Shown here in pieces: positions 1-9,500 of a stretch of 64,000 nt of DNA. The stretch is from an uncultured Clostridia bacterium. Lineage in GTDB: Bacteria; Bacillota; Clostridia; Christensenellales; UBA1242. The notes under the pieces were generated by a model that was not told the DNA's origin, ran no database searches, and saw only the letters and a program-made list of their open reading frames with translations. Made by a program: the position numbers and the translations under genes. Each line of letters starts with the position of its first letter. Positions within the stretch are counted from its first letter, which is position 1. The stretch lies in contig CAKVLR010000002.1 of the NCBI GenBank assembly GCA_934757855.1, forward strand, positions 361,397 through 425,396, written 5' to 3'.

Positions 1-123
1 GAGTTTTTTGCGATTTTTACTAAGTATTATGCAATGTTTTCCATATTTTATGTAAGGAATATGTTATCAAACTATATTTTGCTGTAATGATTATGTTTTG
101 TATTCAATTATATAATTTTGTTG

Positions 124-139
124 TGTTTCACGTGAAACA
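124..139. promoter_or_regulatory. parS: parS (ParB/Spo0J binding site), perfect TGTTTCACGTGAAACA
   Basis: Exact 16-bp palindrome matching the Firmicutes parS consensus TGTTNCACGTGAAACA. Confidence 0.8.
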
Positions 140-215
140 TTAAATTATATAAGCGTTTCACTGTCTTATGCAATCGTTATAATATTAAAAGCGGCTTAAA
201 TATGTCTTATATAAA

Positions 216-230
216 TGTTCCACATGAACA
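216..230. promoter_or_regulatory. degenerate parS-like palindrome TGTTCCACATGAACA
   Basis: 15-nt palindrome related to parS but one base short and with central changes. Confidence 0.25.
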
Positions 231-295
231 TTTATACTGTTATGTAATAGTATTTAATTATGGTTGCATCGAAAACAGATAAACTCATATGCAAA

Positions 296-311
296 TATTT
301 CATGTGAAACA
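296..311. promoter_or_regulatory. parS-like site, 2 mismatches (TATTTCATGTGAAACA)
   Basis: 14/16 match to parS consensus. Confidence 0.4.
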
Positions 312-621
312 ACATCTTTAAACAACCTGCATTACTTTTATTGTGTGATTGTTTTGTGATTATTTTTAACAAATATTACTATTATACTTACTTTTACTGA
401 TTTTGTATTTTATATATAAATTTTTATTGCATTTAGTATTAGGTTTAAGGTGTTTAAAAATGTTAATTTTCTTTGTAAAAACATTCAATAATGTTTGTTT
501 TTGTAGTTGCTTTTTATAATAGACTTAAAAACGCATCGTTTTTTTGTTTATTGTTAAGAAATTATAATTTATTTAGTTTAACTTTTAATATAACTTATTG
601 CATAATACATTTTGTAAAAAA

Positions 622-637
622 TGTTTCATGTGAAACA
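622..637. promoter_or_regulatory. parS: parS-like site, 1 mismatch (TGTTTCATGTGAAACA)
   Basis: 15/16 match to parS consensus. Confidence 0.6.
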
Positions 638-1008
638 AAATATTGAATTATCGTTGTATTATTCAATCTCTATTGCTGTTTGACTGTTGTTATTTACTAA
701 ATTTATTTCAAATGACATATAATGAAAGCATTTTGTAAAAAGTATATTATAAAATTAAAATTACGCTTTATATTAATAAATAATTAATAAAAAACGATAA
801 AATGATTATGTGGTAATACATTATTTAATTTTTAATTTTATATATTATTATTAAACAATATATTTATATGCTAATCTTATCTTAATTCAAAAATTAAATG
901 CGTTTATATAAATATAGTTCGTTGCTATCAGTGCAATTTTGTTTGTTTTTAATTAAACTTTTAATTAAAATCGTGTTAATATGTATATAAATTAAAAACA
1001 AGACGCAA

Positions 1009-1024
1009 TGTTTCACGTGAAACA
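1009..1024. promoter_or_regulatory. parS: parS, perfect TGTTTCACGTGAAACA
   Basis: Exact 16-bp consensus, 20 bp downstream of the rsmG stop. Confidence 0.8.
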
Positions 1025-1043
1025 AAAACAGGCTATTTGCCTG

Positions 1044-1760
1044 CTATAATGGTTTTGTTTTAATTAAATTTTTAGGTCGCGGGTATTTTGATGGCGTTTT
1101 ATCATCTTTTTTAATGTAAATTATATTTCTTTCAAATATTTCATTGTTTAAACTTAAATTATATTTTTCTATTGAAATAATGCTAGAATTGAGTGTTTTT
1201 AATGCATTTTTTGCATTATGTAATTCATTTTCACAGTTTAACGATTTTAATGCTACGAACTCCCCGCCTGTTTTGGTATATGGTATGCAGTATTCAGCGA
1301 GTATGTTTAATGGAGCGACTGCTCTTGCTATTGTGTAATCAAATGTTTCACGTGAAACATTGTGTTCTTGTAACTCCTGGGCTCTTGAATGAATTGTTGT
1401 TATATTTTTGAGTTTTAACAGGGAAATAACAGTATTTAGAAAGTTTATTCGTTTATTAAGACTGTCAACTAGTGTAAAATTTAAATCAGGTCGCATTATT
1501 TTTAACGGTATGGCTGGAAACCCTGCTCCAGTACCTATATCGCAAATAGTTGAGTTTTGTATAAAGTATTTATAGTTCAAAACACTGTCTATAAAATGTT
1601 TTACAACAACTTCACTAAAATCGGTGATTGCTGTTAAGTTTAAAACTTTATTTGTTTCTATGAGTATTGCATAGTACTGCAAAAACTGCTCAATTTGCTC
1701 ATTTTTTAATAAAATTTCGTGTTTTTTAAATAAATCTATTAAAATTTCTCTATTTTCCAT
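1044..1760 (-). CDS. rsmG: 16S rRNA (guanine527-N7)-methyltransferase RsmG (GidB)
   Basis: 238 aa; SAM-binding motif DIGTGAGFPAIPLKI; lies downstream of and overlaps mnmG as in the conserved mnmE-mnmG-rsmG cluster. Confidence 0.92.
   Translation of the reverse strand: MENREILIDLFKKHEILLKNEQIEQFLQYYAILIETNKVLNLTAITDFSEVVVKHFIDSVLNYKYFIQNSTICDIGTGAGFPAIPLKIMRPDLNFTLVDSLNKRINFLNTVISLLKLKNITTIHSRAQELQEHNVSRETFDYTIARAVAPLNILAEYCIPYTKTGGEFVALKSLNCENELHNAKNALKTLNSSIISIEKYNLSLNNEIFERNIIYIKKDDKTPSKYPRPKNLIKTKPL
1344..1359. promoter_or_regulatory. parS: parS, perfect, embedded in rsmG coding sequence
   Basis: Exact 16-bp consensus; encodes ..NVSRETF.. within rsmG. Confidence 0.8.
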
Positions 1761-3633
1761 TGCTACTCCTATTTTTATATCTTTTTAGATAAATAGTCAA
1801 AATACTAATATCTGCTGGCGATACGCCACTGATTCTGCTTGCTTGTGCTAGATTTTGTGGTTGTACGCGCGCTAATTTCTGTTGCGCTTCAATTCGTAAG
1901 CCTTTCAGGGCGCTGTAATCTAAATCTTGCGGTATGAATATATTTTCGTTTTGTTCTTGGCTTTTGATTTGTTCTTGCTGAATATTGATATAACCCTCGT
2001 ATTTGGCTAAAATGTTTAATTGTTGCAATATTTCTTGTGAAAGGTCATCAAAAAAGTGAAATTTTGCGTTAAAATCGAAAATATCAATACTGTTTCGCTT
2101 TAAAAGTGAGCGAATGGTAATCCCACTTTTTATTGCTGGTTCGCCGTGCGATTTTAAATATTCTTGCAATTGTTGACTTGGCGATAAGACTTTGTTTAAT
2201 ATCTCCTCGCCTTTTTTAATGTCGCGTTCTTTCTTTAAAACTTTGAGATAATTTTTTCGTGTTACCAAACCAGCTTGGTATCCTAATTTGGATAATCGAA
2301 TATCGGCATTATCTTGCCTGAGTAGTAAGCGGTATTCTGCTCGTGAGGTCATCATTCTATATGGCTCGTTTGTGCCTTTTGTGACTAAATCATCGACCAA
2401 AACGCCTATATATGCATCATTTCGCTTTAAAATAAGTGGTTTTTTGCCTCTAACATACAAACTTGCATTTAAACCAGCCAAAATCCCTTGCGCTCCCGCC
2501 TCCTCGTAACCACTAGTGCCGTTTACTTGTCCAGCGAAAAATAATCCTGCAAGGCGCTTGTATTGTAGTGTAGCATCTAGGTCTGTTGAGTCAATGCAAT
2601 CGTATTCAATGGCATATGCATATCGCATTAAGTGCGCATTTTCTAAGCCTTTTATACTGTGAATAAAATCTAATTGCGAATGATACGGTAAACTGCTTGA
2701 AAGACCTTGTACATATATTTCATTGGTACTCATCGCCTCTGGTTCTAAGAAAAACTGGTGTCTATTTTTGTCTGCAAATCGTACAATTTTATCTTCGATT
2801 GAAGGACAATATCTTGGGCCTACCCCCTTAATTACTCCTTGATAGAGGGGGCTGTATTTTAGATTGGCGCGTATAATCTCGTGAGTGCGCTCGTTTGTGT
2901 AGCCCATATAGCAACTTGTTATGTTTTTTGGTAAGCGCCTAGTATTTTTGCTAAATGGCGGTAAATTCTCCTCGCCTTTTTGCTCCTCTAGCGCATCAAA
3001 ATTTATTGTGCGCCTATCCACTCTCATCGGCGTGCCTGTCTTAAAGCGTAAAATTTTTAAACCTAACCTTTGCAAACTCGCTGTAAGTTTGGTCGCGTTG
3101 GTAAATCCATTCGGTCCACTATTCCTTATATAATTGCCTGTAAGCGTACGGCTGTTTAAATAAACGCCAGTGCAAACCACTACCGCTTTTGCGTGGAACC
3201 TCTCACCCATTCCTGTTTCGATTCCCCAAAGTTTTCCTTGCTTGGTGATTATTTTGGTAACTTCACCCTGTAAAATCGTCAAATTTGGTTGATTTTCAAG
3301 AGTTGATTTCATAATCTCGTGATAACGAACTTTATCAACCTGAACGCGCAGTGAATGAACGGCTGGACCTTTTGAGCTATTTAACATTCGCTTATGCAAA
3401 GTCGCTTGGTCGGCTGTATGCCCCATTTCCCCGCCTAAGGCGTCAATTTCAAAAACCAAATGCCCTTTTGCTGTCCCGCCTATGCTTGGATTGCAAGGTA
3501 AAAAACCGATTCCATCTAGGTTGAGAGTTGTAATCAAAGTGTTTAGCCCCGTCCTAGCGCACGCCAAACTTGCCTCACAACCAGCGTGTCCCGCACCGAT
3601 GACTATCACATCATATTCTTTGTAATTTTTCAT
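1750..3633 (-). CDS. mnmG: tRNA uridine 5-carboxymethylaminomethyl modification enzyme MnmG (GidA)
   Basis: 627 aa; N-terminal FAD motif VIVIGAGHAGCEA; GidA-typical length and C-terminal domain. Confidence 0.97.
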   Translation of the reverse strand: MKNYKEYDVIVIGAGHAGCEASLACARTGLNTLITTLNLDGIGFLPCNPSIGGTAKGHLVFEIDALGGEMGHTADQATLHKRMLNSSKGPAVHSLRVQVDKVRYHEIMKSTLENQPNLTILQGEVTKIITKQGKLWGIETGMGERFHAKAVVVCTGVYLNSRTLTGNYIRNSGPNGFTNATKLTASLQRLGLKILRFKTGTPMRVDRRTINFDALEEQKGEENLPPFSKNTRRLPKNITSCYMGYTNERTHEIIRANLKYSPLYQGVIKGVGPRYCPSIEDKIVRFADKNRHQFFLEPEAMSTNEIYVQGLSSSLPYHSQLDFIHSIKGLENAHLMRYAYAIEYDCIDSTDLDATLQYKRLAGLFFAGQVNGTSGYEEAGAQGILAGLNASLYVRGKKPLILKRNDAYIGVLVDDLVTKGTNEPYRMMTSRAEYRLLLRQDNADIRLSKLGYQAGLVTRKNYLKVLKKERDIKKGEEILNKVLSPSQQLQEYLKSHGEPAIKSGITIRSLLKRNSIDIFDFNAKFHFFDDLSQEILQQLNILAKYEGYINIQQEQIKSQEQNENIFIPQDLDYSALKGLRIEAQQKLARVQPQNLAQASRISGVSPADISILTIYLKRYKNRSSNGK

Positions 3634-4665
3634 TTTATTTTCCTCGATAAATGTATATTATAATTATACCATATTTTGAATAAAATGTATAGATGTAAAA
3701 AGTATTTTTTGGTATCAAATTTAATTTTTAGATAGGTTCTATTTGTTTGCAAAAAGTATATTTATACATAAATAAAATTATTGATTATTAACTTGCAAAA
3801 AATGTGTTCAGAAAAAAATAGAGCAAAAGATTAAAATTTTTTACAAACATAAAAATTTTGAAAAAATATAAAAAAATATGAAAAAAATTAAAAAACTGAT
3901 ATATTAATTATTTTGTTGCGTTTTTTTAGTAAATATTATATAATTAAACGGTTTTTATGCGATTTGCTATTTAAAAGATTTTATAGTGAGATTTATTATA
4001 AATTGCAGACTTTTACGGTCTTTGTGATTGCATAAAAATAAATTAGTATTTATAAACATACATAGATGTAATGTTTTAATTTTTAATGTTTCTTTACGGC
4101 TGAAAATATTTTGCGGTTTGGATTTTTCTGTTGTTCGTTGCCACAGTTTTTTGAATATGGTATGTGTTTTATGGAATAAACTCTTAATAATGAAAGAGGG
4201 AATGTTAGTTATCTTATCAATCGATTACCGCAGTCGCTCTACGCACTCTTTCGTAATGCTTTGGAGTACCGCTAGGTACGGAAAGTCTGGCAGAAAAATA
4301 AGATTAATGGAATGACAAGTAATGCCAGCCAGTTGGAGCGTATTGGAGTCAGATATTCTAATTTAGAATAACAAATTTATGTTATAATAGAACGGTTAAG
4401 TAATAGCAAGTACGAAATTGTCATTGCGAGGGAGTGAAATGACCGCGGCAATCTAAAAAATAATAAGTAGATAAAAATTATATACCTCTTATCTTCGCAG
4501 GGCAGGTATTGTAATCTCTTCAAATTTTCATTTTTTCGTGCGGGAAATGTCTAAATTTGGCGAAAAGTAGTGAAAAATTGCAAATTTTTTCAAAAATTTT
4601 TAATTTGGTGCTTATTTTATTTGTGAAATTACACAAAATAAGATATAATTATAGTAAACATTTAG

Positions 4666-5985
4666 TTGATAGTTTTTAAAAATGGAGGAGTTTATGTACA
4701 AAAACAAAGAAGAAGCCCGCAGGGGGGGGGGCGCTTTAATAGCTCTAAAACAACTTGTATTTCAAGGAATAAAAAGGCATTTCTAATTGGGTTAATTTGT
4801 GCAAGTTTTGCCTTAATTTTAGGTGCAAGTTTACTTATTTTGAAGATTTTACCAAAGTTGAATGGGGTCGAAGAGCCTGGAAGGAGTTATACATTAACTA
4901 TTTCTCCTAGTGAAGGTGGTTATGCTATGTATATAAGAAACGGTGGTACTGCCTCAAAAGTAACCAGTAGTATTTATGCAAATGGTTGGGAAAATGAATC
5001 TACAACTTCTCTAACGGCGTATCCTAATTCTGGTTATCAATTTGTGAAGTGGGTATATAAGAACACAACATACACAACTGCATCTATCTATTATAATGGT
5101 GGCGGTATAAGTTTATATTTTGAAAAGACTGCTTTAATTGTGACAACTATTTCTAACGACTCCACGCAAGGCGGTGTTTCTGGAACGGGTGAGGTTACAA
5201 AAGGTCAATCTACCACAATCACTGCAACTCCAAATCGAGGGTATGCTTTTGATTGCTGGAAAAATAGTAACGGTGAGGTGATATCAACTAAGGCAAGTTA
5301 TACATTTACGCCGACTGAGGATATAACTTTAACGGCATATTTTAAGGTTGCGTATGTCACTATTCACAAAGGTGATGCTACCATTAGCGATTTTATTCAA
5401 GTTTATGATGATACAAATTTAACTCTAAAAATAGTAATTTCACCAAACGCAGGCGAGTATGTCAGTGAAATTTCTTTTGATAATTCGGTATTTTATGCGA
5501 TTGAAAGTTGGAAAGCCGAACTCTATGGCGCGTGTGCTGATGCTCTCAGTGTGACTTATTCGGTGACTAGTGGAACAAATAAATTTGGTATGTTTTTTGA
5601 TTATGTGTATGCAACGCCGAGTATAGATATTTATGTTCGTACGACAAATCAAGCCTATACCTCACTAAAAAAGCCAACTGCGGGTGGGGTGAGTAGCGTT
5701 GCGGTAACGGCTACATTAGGCGGAACGGTTACACTAGTGGGTGATGATTATGAAAGTTTAACTGAAAGCGATACAATCATTTGCTCGGCAACTCCTTGTA
5801 TGCAAGGCTACACATTTGCTGGGTGGTATTTGTCTGGTGATATGGCAAAACCTATCTCAACAAGCCTAAGTGTGCGCCTCGCAAAATCAACAATTTATGG
5901 GCAAGAATTAATCGCAAAATTTGAAAAAATCTCAACTTCAAACAACATAAATAGCGAAACCAACAACACAACTGATATACTATAA
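4666..5985 (+). CDS. membrane-anchored surface protein with Listeria-Bacteroides (Flg_new) repeats; likely phase-variable
   Basis: Repeat signatures GYQFVKW, GYAFDCW..TLTAYF and GYTFAGWY. TM helix LIGLICASFALILGASLLIL. The ORF-track TTG start (4666) has no SD. The SD GGAGG (4684-4688) plus ATG 4694 is out of frame with the gene body because of the G10 tract. Confidence 0.8.
   Translation: MIVFKNGGVYVQKQRRSPQGGGRFNSSKTTCISRNKKAFLIGLICASFALILGASLLILKILPKLNGVEEPGRSYTLTISPSEGGYAMYIRNGGTASKVTSSIYANGWENESTTSLTAYPNSGYQFVKWVYKNTTYTTASIYYNGGGISLYFEKTALIVTTISNDSTQGGVSGTGEVTKGQSTTITATPNRGYAFDCWKNSNGEVISTKASYTFTPTEDITLTAYFKVAYVTIHKGDATISDFIQVYDDTNLTLKIVISPNAGEYVSEISFDNSVFYAIESWKAELYGACADALSVTYSVTSGTNKFGMFFDYVYATPSIDIYVRTTNQAYTSLKKPTAGGVSSVAVTATLGGTVTLVGDDYESLTESDTIICSATPCMQGYTFAGWYLSGDMAKPISTSLSVRLAKSTIYGQELIAKFEKISTSNNINSETNNTTDIL
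4722..4731 (+). repeat. homopolymeric G10 tract between the SD/ATG and the gene body (slipped-strand switch candidate)
   Basis: 10 consecutive G counted directly, in an otherwise AT-rich genome. Confidence 0.9.
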
Positions 5986-6173
5986 TCAATAGCACAAATA
6001 CTCTAATTATGTGGAAATATTGTGAACTGAATATGTGTGTTTATACAGTAATAACACAAACAAGATTTTACACCATATTATGCTAAAATACTCGCAAATA
6101 AAACTATCCAAATTTTGCAAAAAATTATCTAAAAAAATATACTAAAAAATACAAGAAAAATAATCTAAAAAAG

Positions 6174-6374
6174 TTTTCCACTTTTTCTCAAACAAAACAT
6201 TCGTTTTAAACAAATGTTTTAGTAATTTAAAAAGTGCTTAACTAAGCCATATTTTAAAGTTATCCACATTAAAAAGTTGCTTTAATCAAGTGACTTTTTA
6301 ATTTTTTATACCAAAATGTGGAAAAAACTTGGAGTTTTCCACAAGTTATCCACATATTTTTCCACTTATCCACA
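6174..6374. promoter_or_regulatory. DnaA-box cluster
   Basis: Perfect TTATCCACA at 6260, 6346 and 6366. TTTTCCACA at 6335 and, on the reverse strand, at 6317-6325. Weaker TTTTCCACT at 6174 and 6358. A very AT-rich stretch follows at 6450-6520. Confidence 0.7.
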
Positions 6375-6541
6375 TTTTTAGATTTATTAAATCAAGAATA
6401 ATTATATAAAAAAATATCTAAAAAATTTTGAAAAAATATGTCGAAAATGTTTTGTTTTATATAATAATATATGATACAATATATATGTAAATTAATAATA
6501 TTTTTCGGGCAATTTGGCATAATAAAATAGAGGTATAAAAA

Positions 6542-9500
6542 ATGAACAAAAGTTTACAAATGGTAAGTTGGTTTACTGGGGTGATTTTGGGAATAGTTGT
6601 TTTGCTTTTTGGCGGATTAAATCTCACACAAAATCGCAAGGCAGTGCTAGGCTATCCGCAGTACACGACTTTTTGGCTCGATAGCGCGGTAAAATATATC
6701 GAGTCGGAGCAATCTGCTGGCACTAAACAATATCCATATTTAATCAACACACCTGAGCAGTTGGCGTACATTGCAAAGGCTGTGAACGGCGGTACGGTTG
6801 ATAATGATGGAAATGTGCAGTATCTTGATTTTAGCGGGGTATTTTTCCAACTCAACGCCGATATTGATTTGAGCGGGAGTAACTGGGTGCCTATTGGAAA
6901 CGAGGCGCACCCATTTAAAGGTGTATTTTATGGCAATGGTAAAAAAATCTCAAATATGGTGATTGACTCAACTATGATGAACGCGACCGCTGGCGGAGTT
7001 GTTGTGAATGATTTTAGACAAAGCCTAGGATTGTTTGGTTATGTTGGGTACAACGGGAGTGCTGGAGAAACTGCTTCCACAATCAATCAGTTGGTTATTG
7101 AAAATGCATACATAAACGCTTGCGAATACGCGCAATATGCGGGTACAGTTGCGGGGGTATTTGAGGGCGCAAGTTTAAATAATATCACTATCATTAGCCC
7201 TACGAGTGAAACTTCAAACGACACGACTAGCGCGGGCGCCGTGATTTATCACAATTTGACCGACGCAAGTGTAATGAGTGCGGACTTTATCGCGGGCGGT
7301 GTGGTAGGAAAGTTGGGTAACTCGACTAGCACAACCGTTGCAAACCTTAGCAATGCGAACCACGATAACGAAATTTTGACTTCTATAAAATCAACTATTT
7401 ACGACAACAACGGCTATTCAGTCGTTTTGGGTGGTTTAGTCGGTGAAAATAATGGTACTCTCAAAGAAAGTCGCCGTACTGGTGGCGAGATAAACGCGTT
7501 TATCGGTACAATCGGTGGTTTGGTCGGTGTAAATAGTGCTAGCGGGAAAATGCTAGACTGCTACAACTACGGAAACATTTTGATTGACCCACTTTTGCCA
7601 AACGGTGTGAGCGTAGATAGTGGCTTAAACAAGGCAGAAGAAACGGTCATCGGTGGTATGGCTGGTAAAAACTTTGGTAGCATTTCTATCGAGAATTTTA
7701 GTGCAATTTACGGTACTGTCGAAGGGCAAAATGTTGCGCAAGTATTCCAAACTTGCCGAGGACTAATCGGTGGTATCGCGGGAACAAGTAAAGGAACGAT
7801 TGAAAATATCACAAATTTTGCATTTGTAAAATGTACGGGCGACCAAGTGCAATATATGGGTGGTATTACCGCAATTAATGCGGGTACAATTCGTAAATGT
7901 GTAAATAAAGGCATCGTTGGTGCGGACGGAAATACTGAATTTTCAGCAAAGGCAGTCGGCGGTATCACTGGGCTAAATGATAGTGCATCAATAGGTGATG
8001 GCGCAGAGCAGTTGGGCGATGGTAAGATTTATGGTGTAGAAAACAAGGCTGACACTGGTATCAATATTAATGCGGAAAATGCGGGCGGTATCGCGGGTAT
8101 CAATGCAAGTACTGGAAATATTACCTCTTATGAGGCTGGCGTGGTGGCTGGTGTAGTGCGAAATTTAGGAAATGTGCAAGGCACATCTGCCGTTGGTGGT
8201 ATCGTTGGTAAAAATTACGGTACAGTGGAATATGTTTACAATACAACAAATATTAGTTGCGCAAGCAATGCGGACTCGGCTAGCGTGGGGGGCGTAGTTG
8301 GAATTATGAGCAAAGGCGCAATCAAAAATAGTTTCAATGTAGGACAAGTGCTTGATGGATATAATGTTGGTGGTTTTGTAGGCACAATGGAAAATAGAAC
8401 GGCAAGAATCGAAAATTGTATCAATTACGGAAGCGTAACAGGTAGCAGAGGATATGTTGGCGGTTTTGCTGGATATATCGAAGCGGGCGCGCTTAGCAAG
8501 GTAATCGCTATTTGTGATGTGACTGAAAACGGTGACTCGCCTTTGGGTATCGGTGGTGTAATCGGTGCGGTAAAATTAAGCAATGGTGCGCCTGATACAG
8601 GAGTTACGCTAGAAAACTATTTCTATTCGGAAAGCATTGCAAACTACGAAGAAGATGAATTTGGCGTAACTGATAACGGAATGATAGCAATCGGTAATAC
8701 TGACATCAACAAATGGGCAAAAATGGACAGTTACAAGATGACTTTGCCATATGTAGAAAGCAAAATGACTGGTAGTGACAGATACCGTAGCGGTTTGTAT
8801 AAGGCTGGTTCTACGGGTGCTGAAATTGAAAACACTGACTGGTACTTTAACACAGCAAATGAAACGGCAAATACATATTATTATCCTATTTTGCGTGCGT
8901 TTAGGGCTGGGGAAACAAATTCACTCAATGTCTATGGCGCAACGGCAGATGCGGTGAAACCTGAAAACGGACTCGAATACCCAAGCGAAACGATTTTTAG
9001 AGTAGAATTTAGAAACAATTATCCATACTGGAATGTAAACGCCAAAGATTACGAAGAACGCGTAATTTGTGAAGATAGATATGTAGTAAACGGACATTAT
9101 ACGGCTGAGCCAAACTCAGACCTTTACGATAAGCCAGCAGGCTTTTATATGCAATGGAAACAGACCGATATTGATATGACTACTGCTCCACAAAATTGGA
9201 GTTTTACAAATAAAGTTACTAGAAATATGCGCATATACATTGATTGGACCGAAAAAACTTATACAATTAAATATTACTTGCAACTAAATGGTGTAGGTGA
9301 ATTTGTAGAGATGACCGCGGAAGAAAGAGAGCAATTTGGACTGAGCGATTCTTCAACATATAGCCTTGACCCTAACGCAAAATCAAGTCTAAATGCGATT
9401 AATATACCTGAGCCAAAATTGTTTGGTTATTCTTTTGATGGCTGGTGGATAAGCAAGACCGCAAGCGGAATAGGTGCTACTCTTGATGAGACGGACAAAG

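Noticed and set aside
1-1043. The ORF-free AT-rich left end as the chromosomal replication origin
   Set aside because: It holds parS sites but essentially no DnaA boxes; the best matches have 2 mismatches. There is no dnaA or dnaN in view. It is reported as a parS cluster only.
4028-4315. A 95-aa ORF and a possible T-box/riboswitch (GGAGTACCGC at about 4263-4272) in the 1-kb mnmG-adhesin intergenic region
   Set aside because: The ORF has no SD and an implausible composition. The T-box-like 10-mer lacks the surrounding conserved T-box bases, a specifier stem and a terminator/antiterminator pair, and no aminoacyl-tRNA synthetase or amino-acid gene follows. I cannot support any RNA family here.
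4420-4453. The short motif GTCATTGCGAG...GGCAATC, repeated in inverted orientation at 56194-56220
   Set aside because: Only the ~11-nt and 7-nt ends are shared, the stems are 5 bp, and there are only two copies. This is too weak to call a repeat family or an island boundary.
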